Assembly (NCBI GenBank): GCA_016432325.1
Contig: CP066684.1
Location: 785,090-849,089 of the forward strand
Direction: 5' to 3'
DNA from: Candidatus Aenigmatarchaeota archaeon
Lineage (GTDB): Archaea > Aenigmatarchaeota > Aenigmatarchaeia > PWEA01 > JACQIF01
DNA: 64,000 bases
In this document: positions 1-9,473 of the stretch, piece after piece
How positions within the stretch are numbered: the stretch's first letter is position 1
Layout: each line of letters begins with the position of its first letter
The notes under the pieces: model-generated
The model's input: only the letters and a program-made list of their open reading frames with translations
Told to the model about the DNA's origin: nothing
Databases searched by the model: none
Program-made: the position numbers and the translations under genes

Positions 1-201
1 CAGCGAGGAGCTGAGCAGAAAGGCGCCCAAAGATACAGATTTCCGTACGCTAAAGGCATATCTGCATAAAAGCGGTCACGTGATACTAATCAGGCGACGC
101 GATTTGGACGATTATGCCAGGAAACATCCAAAATAGACAGATGAGAAAATCGTTCCGCGAGCGCACCAAACCTATTTATCCGTGCACCGCAAGCTCTGGT
201 T

Positions 202-651
202 ATGAAACCCAGACCGATAGCCGCAGTTTCCATCACAGAAGCCATGGCTGTGAAGAAAGAAGCCGTGGAGAACTCGCTCAAGACGCTTCTGGAGGCCATA
301 AAACAGGAGAAAGGAATCGTCGTCAAAAGCGCCACCTTCGCCGAGGCCCTGCGCGTGGAGAAGCCCAGAAAGAACATTCCGGAAGCGTACACGCAGGTTA
401 TGGAGCTTGAAATCGAGTTTGAGAACCTCAAGAGGATGCTCAACTACACCATGAAATACGGCCCGTCCGCCCTCGAAATAATGGAGCCGAAGGAGATTAA
501 CGTGAACCTCAACGAGGCGCAGGAGATGGCCAACGAGATAATGGCGTTCATCCACCGCTATGCGGCGGCGGGAATAGGCGGCGTGGTTATCGTGCCAACG
601 AAGAAGATAGAGCAGCCGAAACAGGACGCGCAGAAAACGACTACAGGCTGA
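202..651 (+). CDS. hypothetical protein
   Basis: 149-aa ORF with protein-like composition; first ATG after in-frame stop at 142-144; no family recognised. Confidence 0.4.
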   Translation: MKPRPIAAVSITEAMAVKKEAVENSLKTLLEAIKQEKGIVVKSATFAEALRVEKPRKNIPEAYTQVMELEIEFENLKRMLNYTMKYGPSALEIMEPKEINVNLNEAQEMANEIMAFIHRYAAAGIGGVVIVPTKKIEQPKQDAQKTTTG

Positions 652-716
652 CTGTTTCATCGTGTCGCCGCAAGGGCGACTGGTGAAACAACAGTTTCAC
701 GCGATCGTTTCACTCC

Positions 717-1766
717 GTGGGCGCGCGACAAGCATATATTCATCGTTCCACAATCGTTTCACCGGCAGGTGTGTCCATGAAAGCCGCATACGTTATACCC
801 ATAATGATACTGCTGGTCATAGTCCCCACGCTGGCTGAGGCCAGACTGGAGTACATGGAAAGCAACGCGGTCATAAACTCCACAAAAATCGACTTTTCTG
901 TCAGGATAATATTCCAGGACGTTCCGGCAGGCACGTTCGAGTACCCGCTTTTCTACAAGGTCGACGACTTCCGCAGCGGGGGCAACATAGGCGGCGTTGC
1001 GTGCGAGGCCCAGAGGAAGCCGTGGGGCACGAACATCGCCTGCGATTTCACTAACGCGGAGCGCACGGGCAGGACGCTTGAGCTCCGCTACGAGACGACG
1101 GACCTCGTCGATATCGTGGACAACCAGCGCGTCTTTTCGGACAACATCCGTGCGCCAGACGATACGAAACGGCTTGTCGTGCGCACGTATCTTGCGCAGG
1201 GTTTCGTGCTGGTGGGTCCGGACAGCGGGCCTCTGCCTCCGTATACGCCTCTGGACGGAGTGAGCGGAACCGATGGCAGGGTGATATACGTCGTTTGGAA
1301 CAGGAACGAGACATCAAAGGGCGAGGGCGTTCCGGTAACGGTCGCTTATGAACGCGTTATACCGCAGGCGTCTTCTGACATACCGCTCCTTCTGGTCATC
1401 GGTTTCGCAGGCCTGATAGCCGTGCTCCTGCTTCTCATCCTCCTGAAGAGGAGGGGAACCGAACAGCCCGTTTCACTCACGCTTTTGAAGGAGGACGAGC
1501 GGAAAATCGTCGAATTCCTGAAGTCCCAAGGCGGGATAGCGAAGCAACGCGCCATCGTCGCGCACACAGGCTTCTCAAAGGCCAAGGTATCGAGGCTCGT
1601 GCGTGACCTCGAACTGCGCGGCCTGTTGGCTGTGAAAGGCATGGGCCGCGTCAACGAAGTGAAGCTTTTGGGTCCCAAAGACCAAAAAGAGGAGAAAACG
1701 GCTAAAACGCCTGTAAACGAGGTCAATAAGGCTCAGGAAGGGGAAATAAAGAAGGAAGATGTATAA
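717..1766 (+). CDS. membrane-anchored protein with C-terminal winged-helix (HTH) domain
   Basis: N-terminal hydrophobic segment (IMILLVIVPTLAEA), second TM helix (LLLVIGFAGLIAVLLLLILL), C-terminal wHTH-like stretch (IVEFLKSQGGIAKQRAIVAHTGFSKAKVSRLVRDLELRGLL); true start may be the internal Met near 777. Confidence 0.5.
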   Translation: MGARQAYIHRSTIVSPAGVSMKAAYVIPIMILLVIVPTLAEARLEYMESNAVINSTKIDFSVRIIFQDVPAGTFEYPLFYKVDDFRSGGNIGGVACEAQRKPWGTNIACDFTNAERTGRTLELRYETTDLVDIVDNQRVFSDNIRAPDDTKRLVVRTYLAQGFVLVGPDSGPLPPYTPLDGVSGTDGRVIYVVWNRNETSKGEGVPVTVAYERVIPQASSDIPLLLVIGFAGLIAVLLLLILLKRRGTEQPVSLTLLKEDERKIVEFLKSQGGIAKQRAIVAHTGFSKAKVSRLVRDLELRGLLAVKGMGRVNEVKLLGPKDQKEEKTAKTPVNEVNKAQEGEIKKEDV

Positions 1767-1921
1767 CAGTGTTATATCAGAAGCGCGTCAACGGCTTCCC
1801 TAACCGAAACCAGCCTTTTGCGTGTCTTTGGAACAATTAAACTATCAAAGAGGGGGTAAAAGACGGAAAAAGAACGGTTTATAGCGCTTCGTTAACCCCG
1901 AAGAAACCGTTTCACGTCAGG

Positions 1922-1930
1922 TTTATATAC
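1922..1930 (+). promoter_or_regulatory. TATA box (TTTATATA) of surface-protein gene promoter; long structured 5' UTR follows
   Basis: TTTATATA about 210 nt upstream of ATG 2139; 5' UTR contains perfect hairpin CAGTCCTG-N9-CAGGACTG (2093-2117) and SD-like GAGGTGA (2127-2133). Confidence 0.4.
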
Positions 1931-2138
1931 CACCCGAGGACTAATAGGCAAGCTTGGAAGCGGTCGGTAGGGTTACGTCTACCGAGTGTTTCCAAATAAC
2001 AGACGCGCGTCAAGAAGGTCTGACGAGACCTTACGTAACGACGTCTGGGCGCCGTTTAAACCTGGATAACGGGCAAATGGTGCTAAGACAAACAGTCCTG
2101 TAAAATCTGCAGGACTGAACGAATAGAGGTGAAATACA

Positions 2139-4385
2139 ATGCAACTGAGAAAACTGGCAAGCACTGCCGTCGGAGCCCTATTGGCCGGCGCAACGCTCGC
2201 TGTTCCAGCGCTCGGTGCCTCTTTGGATGACCTCCCATCGCCGTTCGTTTCGGACGGTGAGGCGGACTTCACCATAGTGGTAGGCGCGGACGCGAATGCA
2301 GCCGACATAGTAGGAGCCGTAGACATCGCAGCCAGACTCGGCGGTGAGACCGTAACAACGGAATCCGCTGCGGCTGGAGAAGGCCAGGAAGACGTCGAGC
2401 TCGGAGAGGTTCTCTCCACTGAGTTCGGCACAACCCTGGACGACGACGATGTAGGCGTGCTACAAGACACATCGATAGGTTTCGACAGCGAAAACTGGGA
2501 CGTCCACGACGAGATCCGTCTCGCTTCGACAGGCCCTGCTCTTGAAACGAGCTTGAGCTCGAACGAGGAGGACTACAAGGCAGCCCCGGTGATGGAGATA
2601 ACGGCAAAAGGCGACATCGCCTACTACTACCTGTTCGACGAGGCCATAAACCTCTCGGCAAGAGTAGACAGCGACACTGAGCTCGAGATAGACTTCTTGG
2701 GCAAGCAGCTGACCATATCGTCCATAACCGATGCCGACACAATGAAGGCCCAGGTAGGAGAAGAGATTGACTTGGACGCGGGAGAGTCCGCGACCGTTGA
2801 AGGCAAGGTTGTGACGCTGATACAGACCAGCTCCAGCGACGCCAAGATAGATGTCGACGGCACCACAGGCGTAATAGCCGAAGGCAGCACCAAGACAGTC
2901 AACGGCCTTGAGATAAAGGTGGACACCATCTTCGACGACGAAGGATCCGTGGACGACTCCGCAATCCTGATAGTCGGCGAGGACGCTGAAAAGACATACG
3001 ACAACAACGACGAGTACATAGACTTCTGCAGCACGACAGGAGGAGACGACGACTGCGACGAAGACAACCCTGACTGGGTGTGGGTTCTCAACGGCCTCAC
3101 AACCCTACAGAAGGGTGACGTCACGGCAGGCGGCGGCCCGACGATAGGCATACAGAACGACTTCGTCCAGGATGCGAACACAAAGGAACCGCTTCTGGAA
3201 GGAGAGACTCTCTGGCTGCCTCACGACTTTGCCAAGATAGCCTTCGAGGACTTGGTGGCCGACGACTTCGTTAAGGTGACGATAGAGTTCAACGACGCAA
3301 TCGACGTGTCTGACGCGGACTTCGGAGGCATCAACTTCGGAACAAGCGAAGACGGCTTCCTCATAACGGCCGACGTAGAGGAGTCGCTTGTGCTGGAAGA
3401 CCTTGCATCCGGATGGAACGCAAGCTACATCACCGCTGACGTGTCGACAGAGAAGATAGCCCTCATACTGAACGAATCGGCGATGGCTATACAGGTCTTC
3501 TACTGGGACACGAACAACGACGAAGTGCTGGCCGGAAACCTTTCGATACTGCAGGGAGCAGACGCCCTTGCAGCCGGTCTCGACAGGTTCGGCTTCGTGG
3601 ACTTCAAGGACACGACTGGTTCGACAAGAATGCCGCTGGCATTGAACATCTCGAACGAATCGGCGGACAACCAGTTCTTCCTGGGGTTCATGAACAACGA
3701 CACCGAAGTGGCGGACGAAGCGACAGACGACCTGTTCATACAAATGGGAACAGCTGCCCTGATTGACAGGGGAACAGGAACAGCCGCATTCGATTCGTTG
3801 GGCCCAGTGGTGGACGATTCGGAGACAGGAGAACTGCTGTACGGCAGGAGCTCCAACTCCACGGCACCGAACACCCTGAAGGTAGGCACGCGCGACGAAG
3901 ACCAGCTGACGGCATACGGCGTCAAGGTAGGAGACCCCGACTCCAACGGAGCATCTGACAAGGTGATCCTGTGGGTTCCGGGCGACCGCCAGGAAGGCCG
4001 CATAACCATCGGCTCTAGCGCAACGGTAACCGCGGCAGGCGAGCGCAGCGGACAGATAACAACGTCTGTCTCGAAGCTCGACACCGAAACCACGGCAGAG
4101 TCTGAGGGCAACCTCATACTCGTGGGCGGACCATGCGCCAACTCGCTGGTTGCGCAGCTTGCTGACGCAGACAAGTACGGCTGGACGTGCGACGAATCGG
4201 TAGCCTTGGGCGGAAGCGGATACACCATCGAGATAGTCGAGGATGCATTCGCTGACGGCCAGGTAGCCCTGATCGTTGCAGGCCAGAACGCAGACGACAC
4301 CCGCGATGCGGCATCCCGCGTACAGACCTTCGACACAGACGGTCTGACAGGAATGTCCGTCAGGACAGGCGTCTACGCAGCCTAG
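2139..4385 (+). CDS. secreted acidic cell-surface (S-layer-like) protein
   Basis: 748 aa; N-terminal signal peptide (LASTAVGALLAGATLAVPALGAS); very D/E/T-rich; C-terminal NLILVGGPCANSLVAQLAD motif typical of archaeal S-layer domains; strong promoter and long leader. Confidence 0.55.
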   Translation: MQLRKLASTAVGALLAGATLAVPALGASLDDLPSPFVSDGEADFTIVVGADANAADIVGAVDIAARLGGETVTTESAAAGEGQEDVELGEVLSTEFGTTLDDDDVGVLQDTSIGFDSENWDVHDEIRLASTGPALETSLSSNEEDYKAAPVMEITAKGDIAYYYLFDEAINLSARVDSDTELEIDFLGKQLTISSITDADTMKAQVGEEIDLDAGESATVEGKVVTLIQTSSSDAKIDVDGTTGVIAEGSTKTVNGLEIKVDTIFDDEGSVDDSAILIVGEDAEKTYDNNDEYIDFCSTTGGDDDCDEDNPDWVWVLNGLTTLQKGDVTAGGGPTIGIQNDFVQDANTKEPLLEGETLWLPHDFAKIAFEDLVADDFVKVTIEFNDAIDVSDADFGGINFGTSEDGFLITADVEESLVLEDLASGWNASYITADVSTEKIALILNESAMAIQVFYWDTNNDEVLAGNLSILQGADALAAGLDRFGFVDFKDTTGSTRMPLALNISNESADNQFFLGFMNNDTEVADEATDDLFIQMGTAALIDRGTGTAAFDSLGPVVDDSETGELLYGRSSNSTAPNTLKVGTRDEDQLTAYGVKVGDPDSNGASDKVILWVPGDRQEGRITIGSSATVTAAGERSGQITTSVSKLDTETTAESEGNLILVGGPCANSLVAQLADADKYGWTCDESVALGGSGYTIEIVEDAFADGQVALIVAGQNADDTRDAASRVQTFDTDGLTGMSVRTGVYAA

Positions 4386-4400
4386 AAAAACAACGTCGTT

Positions 4401-4438
4401 GGAGTCCGGGATTTAACCCGGCTCCCTTTCTCTTTTTT
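4401..4438. terminator. stem-loop plus oligo-T terminator shared by convergent genes
   Basis: GGAGTCCGGG-ATTTAA-CCCGGCTCC hairpin followed by CTTTCTCTTTTTT, between the surface-protein gene (+) and the GT-C gene (-). Confidence 0.45.
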
Positions 4439-4445
4439 AACAAAA

Positions 4446-5825
4446 TCAGCGTGAGCCCTGTATCTCATAGACGACAACGGCTTCCGGCTTGCCCCACTGG
4501 CTGAACGAACGGAGTTTCGCGTAGTGTTCGCGCGCGTACGCGGCCGCGTATTCAGGCACGACTGGTTCGAAGTCGTATATCAGCGCGTACCTCGCGGTTA
4601 TCTCAGAAAGGTGGGCGGGATCCTTCGGGAAGACGAGGACCTCCTTGCCCGCGAGCACTTCTATCCACGGGTTGACGGCATAGACCGATTTGTTTATGGC
4701 GCGCTCGCCCCCGGGAGGATATGCGGAAGAGTAGTACTCGGATAGTATTGCCCCCTCCGGAAGCGTCTTCAGATACTCCGCGGCCTCCCTGAGCGCCTTT
4801 CCGCCGTCAAAGTCCCCTGCCACCCTGTCATTCGCGGCAGAGAGGGACAGGGCGCACATGGCGACAACGCCGAGTGCGATGAACTGCCTGTTGTTGGGAG
4901 CGAGCCTCCACCAGCTGGCCGCGACCAGCGCGAAGGCCGGGAAGAACGCGACAAGGAACCGCACCTCCTTGTGCGTCTGCAGGCTGAGCGTCAGCACTGC
5001 AACCGCGCATATGGTGAGGAACAGGCTGGGCCTCCTGCGCGTCACTTCGAGAGTGGCGCCTGCCAGCACGGCCAGCGCAAGAGGCCCGAATGTCTCTGCG
5101 GCTCTCGCCGCGTAAAAGTACCACGGATCGGGCTGCAGGCCCGTGACTATCGTAAGGCTCGTCATGAGCCCTCCGAAAGGATTGCCGTAGTATGCGGTTC
5201 CGAGCAGGAAGAGGGGGATGAGGCCGACCAGAGAGCCGGACACGAACGCAGCCGCGGAACGCGGCCCGGACTTCTTCAGCAACCACAGTGCGTATATCGG
5301 AAACAGTATGCCTCCAGGATAGCGGGCCATGAAGGCGAGGCCCGTCGCCACGCCGGCCAGGAACGGGTGCGCGATTTTCTTGTGCCCGTAAAGGAAGAGC
5401 AGGGAAAGCGCGAAGAAGAAGGTGAAGAGGGGCTCTGTCAGCGTCTTGCTCTGGAAGAAGAGGAACTGGCTGAAGGATGCGAACACGGCCGCCGCCATAA
5501 GGCCTTCTGTCCGGCCGTAGACGCGCCTCCCCGCGAGGTAGACCAGCGGTATGGTTGCGAGCCCGAACAGCAGGACGACCACGCGCGACGGGAAGACTGT
5601 ATCAATGCCCAGAGCAGCCAGCACGAGAGGCAGAAGAGGCTGGCGGAACGACTCCACGGACGTGCCAGAGTACAGGGAATAGTGGCCTTCCATCAGGCCG
5701 TGAGAGAGGCCCAGATAAACGGCTTCGTCCCACCACATGCCCTCGTTGACAAAAAGGAAGGACGTCGAGTACGCGGCAGAAAGAACAACCACGAGAAGGA
5801 AGGCGTGGTCCCAGCCCAGTTTCAT
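4446..5825 (-). CDS. GT-C fold glycosyltransferase (GT39/ArnT/PMT-like, dolichyl-phosphate-sugar dependent)
   Basis: 459 aa polytopic membrane protein; N-terminal region resembles PMT/ArnT family (first loop after TM1 with WWDEAVY). Confidence 0.55.
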   Translation of the reverse strand: MKLGWDHAFLLVVVLSAAYSTSFLFVNEGMWWDEAVYLGLSHGLMEGHYSLYSGTSVESFRQPLLPLVLAALGIDTVFPSRVVVLLFGLATIPLVYLAGRRVYGRTEGLMAAAVFASFSQFLFFQSKTLTEPLFTFFFALSLLFLYGHKKIAHPFLAGVATGLAFMARYPGGILFPIYALWLLKKSGPRSAAAFVSGSLVGLIPLFLLGTAYYGNPFGGLMTSLTIVTGLQPDPWYFYAARAAETFGPLALAVLAGATLEVTRRRPSLFLTICAVAVLTLSLQTHKEVRFLVAFFPAFALVAASWWRLAPNNRQFIALGVVAMCALSLSAANDRVAGDFDGGKALREAAEYLKTLPEGAILSEYYSSAYPPGGERAINKSVYAVNPWIEVLAGKEVLVFPKDPAHLSEITARYALIYDFEPVVPEYAAAYAREHYAKLRSFSQWGKPEAVVVYEIQGSR

Positions 5826-5854
5826 TATTTATATCTCCCCTCCAGATTACACCC

Positions 5855-7117
5855 ATGATAGAGCAAATAATAACCTACTCCGCCCTGTATATATCCCTGT
5901 TCTTCTCTGTCGTCGTCCTGTTCACGCTGCTGTCCAACCGCGGAACGCTCCACTCGTATCCGACGGCGAAATCCCTGCCTTTCGTGAGCATCATCGTGCC
6001 GGCGTGGAACGAGGAGCGCTACATAGCCGCCACAGTGCGTTCGCTGCTCGGTCTCGACTACCCCAGGGACAAACTGGAGATCCTCGTCGTGAACGACGGT
6101 TCCACAGACCGCACGTCTGAGATAGCGAGGACCCTTGGCAGGCGGCACAAGAACCTGCGCGTGATAGACAAGCCCAACGGCGGCAAGGCCTCCGCGCTGA
6201 ATATGGGCGTCTCGCGCGCACGCGGCGCCATCGTCGCATGCATGGACGCCGACTCGGAGGTCCATCGGTCTGCGCTCAGGATGATGGTGGGTCATATGGA
6301 CAATCCGCGCGTCGCGGCAGTCACGTCCTCGATGAAGATAAAGAACAAGAACGCCAGCCTCATGACAAAGATGCAACACACAGAGTACTTGTTCCACATG
6401 CTGCTCAGGAAGGCGCTGTGCTGTCTCGACTGCCTGACAGTTGCCCCCGGACCCTTCTCTCTCTACAGGAAATCCGTCGTGCGCTCCGTGGGAGGCTTCG
6501 ACGACTGCAACCGCGTGGAGGATATGGACATGACGTTCAGGATACACCGCGCCGGCTATAGCGTCGAGAACGTGCTTGACGCGCATGTCTGGACCAACGG
6601 GCCGACGACGTTCACCGGCCTGTTCAACCAGCGCATGAGATGGTTCCGCGGCCTCATAGGAACGACGCTCAAATACAGGGACATGGTATTCAGCAGAAAC
6701 TTCGGCAACTTCGGCATGTTCCTCCTGCCGGCCAGCTCCGCCTTCGCCGTATTCACGTCCCTCCTGTTCATGGTCATCGTTCTCAAGATGAGTTATTCCA
6801 TAGCCGCGTCCCTGTGGAGCATGCATCTCATCGGCTTCGACTTGGCGTACGTCACGGCGGGCCTCAGGATGCCCGAGCTTTCGGTGCTCCTCGTCGACTT
6901 CAGGACGGCCATATACGTTGGCGTTTCCATGCTCGGCGTCTTGATGCTGCTCCTCAGCTACAGCAAGGCGCGCGAGCGCGTCAGGGACGGCGCGGCAGGC
7001 GTGCTCGGCTTCCTCCTCCTCATGCCCCTGCTGCTCTCCTTCTTCTGGACGCTGGCGATGTTCTATGAACTGACAGGCAAGCGCAAGATGTGGCTGCACA
7101 AGGGTGAGGCGAAGTGA
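5855..7117 (+). CDS. family 2 glycosyltransferase (processive, membrane-embedded)
   Basis: IIVPAWNEE...VVNDGSTD...CMDADS motifs (GT-A fold DxD), QRMRW-type motif (FNQRMRWFRG), multiple C-terminal TM helices. Confidence 0.8.
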   Translation: MIEQIITYSALYISLFFSVVVLFTLLSNRGTLHSYPTAKSLPFVSIIVPAWNEERYIAATVRSLLGLDYPRDKLEILVVNDGSTDRTSEIARTLGRRHKNLRVIDKPNGGKASALNMGVSRARGAIVACMDADSEVHRSALRMMVGHMDNPRVAAVTSSMKIKNKNASLMTKMQHTEYLFHMLLRKALCCLDCLTVAPGPFSLYRKSVVRSVGGFDDCNRVEDMDMTFRIHRAGYSVENVLDAHVWTNGPTTFTGLFNQRMRWFRGLIGTTLKYRDMVFSRNFGNFGMFLLPASSAFAVFTSLLFMVIVLKMSYSIAASLWSMHLIGFDLAYVTAGLRMPELSVLLVDFRTAIYVGVSMLGVLMLLLSYSKARERVRDGAAGVLGFLLLMPLLLSFFWTLAMFYELTGKRKMWLHKGEAK

Positions 7118-7788
7118 AACGCATGGACGGCAAGATACTGGCCGCGGCCTTCGCGGTGTCCGCCGTTCTCTTTCTCTCCGGCCTGGGCCTCGGCCTGTTG
7201 GTCAGCGAGGAGAAGGCCGACTATCTGGGCGCGCAGGTTGAGCAGGTCGATTCGGACATAGAGTCGTTGCAGCTCGAGTTCCTGCTTCTCGACACCATAG
7301 GCGAGAACGCCACGTGCCGGCTGGTGAAGGACAGGCTGCGCGAGGTCAACTCGCAGTCCTACGAGCTGGGCAACAAGGTCGGCGCGTATGAGGACAACGA
7401 GGAAGGGATCAACGGCGAGTCTCTGGACCTGTTGAAAAGAGCCTACTACCATTCGCTGATCAAGTACTGGATATTCAACAAGAAGGTGGAGGATGTCTGC
7501 GGGGAGAAGACCGCGAACATCATATACTTCTTCGTCCGCGATTGCTCCGCGTGCCAGGACCAGGGCGTTGTCCTTAGCTACTATAAGGAGGTCTTGGGAG
7601 AGAACCTGCTGGTCTTCCCGATAAGCGCGGACTTCGAGGATCCTTTCGTGCAGACGCTGAACGGCTACTACAACGTCACGAGCTATCCGGCCCTCGTCAT
7701 AAACGGGGAGAAGCACGAAGGATTCCTGTCCAAGAAAGAGCTTGGCGACCGACTGTGCCAGACCGGCCAGTCGCTTCCCATATGCTAG
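7114..7788 (+). CDS. membrane-anchored thioredoxin-like protein with CxxC motif
   Basis: N-terminal TM anchor, CSAC motif (RDCSACQDQ), overlaps upstream GT2 stop by 4 nt. Confidence 0.4.
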   Translation: MKRMDGKILAAAFAVSAVLFLSGLGLGLLVSEEKADYLGAQVEQVDSDIESLQLEFLLLDTIGENATCRLVKDRLREVNSQSYELGNKVGAYEDNEEGINGESLDLLKRAYYHSLIKYWIFNKKVEDVCGEKTANIIYFFVRDCSACQDQGVVLSYYKEVLGENLLVFPISADFEDPFVQTLNGYYNVTSYPALVINGEKHEGFLSKKELGDRLCQTGQSLPIC

Positions 7789-8213
7789 CCCGTCCTGTTC
7801 TGCTGGACGAGCTGTCTCAAATATTCCTGTTGCGCGGCAATCTGCTGCGCGCGCTGGGCCTTTATCTCGTCCGGTATTTCGTTCGTGACGGACGCGGACG
7901 TTATCGCGCCCACGTCCAGAGCCTGCGTCCATGCGATTGTGCGTTCGTTGTCAAAGTCGTACAGCTTCGCTTCCTGCAGGCAGAAGCAGTGGTCCGCGCC
8001 GTTGACGCGCGAGACGAATCCGTATTCGAGCCCCTTCAGGTCCGCCGTGTCTCCAAGAGCGCCGCAGACGGTCATGCACGCGTTCGTACTGCCGCTCGAC
8101 GGGAGCGCGACTGTTCCGCCGCCTGCGACATAACCGGCCGCGAGCAGGACGAGCGCGACGACAATAAGCTTGCCATTCTTTGCGAGCGCGTGCATTACAG
8201 TACCACAATCCAC
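7785..8213 (-). CDS. hypothetical exported protein
   Basis: 142 aa; hydrophobic N-terminal segment (LIVVALVLLAAGYVAG); no family recognised. Confidence 0.4.
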   Translation of the reverse strand: MDCGTVMHALAKNGKLIVVALVLLAAGYVAGGGTVALPSSGSTNACMTVCGALGDTADLKGLEYGFVSRVNGADHCFCLQEAKLYDFDNERTIAWTQALDVGAITSASVTNEIPDEIKAQRAQQIAAQQEYLRQLVQQNRTG

Positions 8214-8238
8214 TAGCCGTCGGCCTTGTATATAAACC

Positions 8239-9189
8239 TCACGCGTCCCTGACGCTGACCACGAACTTGTACGCGGACTCTCCTGTGCTCGGCGGCGTGC
8301 CCGGAGGCGCCTTGACCTTGAACGTAACGATCTTGGTGGCCTTCGGCCCTATCGTGGTCTGGGCCGGATAGAAGTCGCCCGTGTCGTTCGCGAACAGGAA
8401 CGTCCATATGCCGTACTTGCCGAATTTTGTCGTGTCGGTGTAATCGGCCTCGTTCTTAAGATAGAGTTCGACGCCAACCGATTCGTCTCCCTTCCTGTTG
8501 TACAGCTCTATGTCGTACGTTGCGTACTCGTCCGTCGGTGCGAACGTTTCAGGCGCGGACGACGAAACCGTAATGCACGACGCTCCGTCGCATCTCAGCG
8601 AACAGCACAGCTGGTTGGCGTACGTGCCCGGCGACGCCAGATGGGCGTTCGTTGTGCCGCCCGAGCCGCTCTGGAAAGAGACAAGCGCCGACTCAAACGG
8701 TTTGCAGGACGTGCGGATTACGCAGTTAAGCTCGTTGGCCGCGCTGCCTGCCTTGGTCGCGCGACCGCATGCTTGCCAGCCGTAGTTGCCCGTTCCGAAT
8801 GCTTCGGCATGCGCATTTGTGTAGTTGGATAATGACAGGATTCCGGATTCGTCCGCTCCGCATACGGACGCCTGGACGAACGAGGTTGTGTTCAACGTAT
8901 CGCAGACGACCTTGTTGGCGTACGCACCGTCGCCGGAAGGCCGCGCGCCGTGCGCGTTGTCAGTGCCGCCTGCGCCGTTTTGCAGCGTGAATATAAGGGA
9001 CTCGCCTGCGTTCAGGCCGCCTGTTGTGATTCTGCAATTGATGTCAGGCGTCGCTTGGCTGAATGCTTCGTCTGAGAACGTGATGAAGCCGACAAGAAGA
9101 ACGGAAGCGACAAACACCATCTTTAAAGCTGTTGCTTTAGACTTCCCTCGATGAGCCCTCTTCCAAGCTCGTGAAGCCTTTAAATCCAT
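8239..9189 (-). CDS. secreted repeat-containing protein
   Basis: 316 aa; N-terminal TM/signal (MVFVASVLLVGFI); internal repeats (GGTDNAHGARPSG / GGTTNAHLASPGT), many Cys. Confidence 0.5.
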   Translation of the reverse strand: MDLKASRAWKRAHRGKSKATALKMVFVASVLLVGFITFSDEAFSQATPDINCRITTGGLNAGESLIFTLQNGAGGTDNAHGARPSGDGAYANKVVCDTLNTTSFVQASVCGADESGILSLSNYTNAHAEAFGTGNYGWQACGRATKAGSAANELNCVIRTSCKPFESALVSFQSGSGGTTNAHLASPGTYANQLCCSLRCDGASCITVSSSAPETFAPTDEYATYDIELYNRKGDESVGVELYLKNEADYTDTTKFGKYGIWTFLFANDTGDFYPAQTTIGPKATKIVTFKVKAPPGTPPSTGESAYKFVVSVRDA

Positions 9190-9221
9190 GAACCGATTAT
9201 TGCTGGCCAGCCTTATAAACC

Positions 9222-9473
9222 TTGGGTGATTGGATGCGTGTCGTCTGCCTGTTGCTTGCGCTGGTCGTTCTGGTTTCAGGTTGCCTCGCGTCTCTTGACC
9301 CGTATTGCCGTTCCCTTGCGAACGAGCTGAGCGAGGAAGGCCGGGCGTGCAAGTGCGTGGGCATAGACGAGGTCAAGACGGGCGCTGACGTGAAACCGCT
9401 CTGCAGGTGCACGTGCGACGTCGGCGGCAACATCACTACAGTGGACATCGCTCGGACAACTAATCCTTCGTAA
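9222..9473 (+). CDS. small cysteine-rich secreted/lipoprotein-like protein
   Basis: 83 aa; signal-like N-terminus ending in SGC (lipobox-like), 8 Cys. Confidence 0.4.
   Translation: MGDWMRVVCLLLALVVLVSGCLASLDPYCRSLANELSEEGRACKCVGIDEVKTGADVKPLCRCTCDVGGNITTVDIARTTNPS

Noticed and set aside
2139-4385. Halophilic origin suggested by the very acidic surface protein
   Set aside because: Other proteins in the window (topA, serS, ribosomal proteins) have ordinary, non-acidic composition.
5825-7099. 424-aa minus-strand ORF
   Set aside because: Antisense to the GT2 glycosyltransferase gene (5855..7117), which has clear catalytic motifs; Arg/His-rich composition typical of spurious ORFs in GC-rich DNA.
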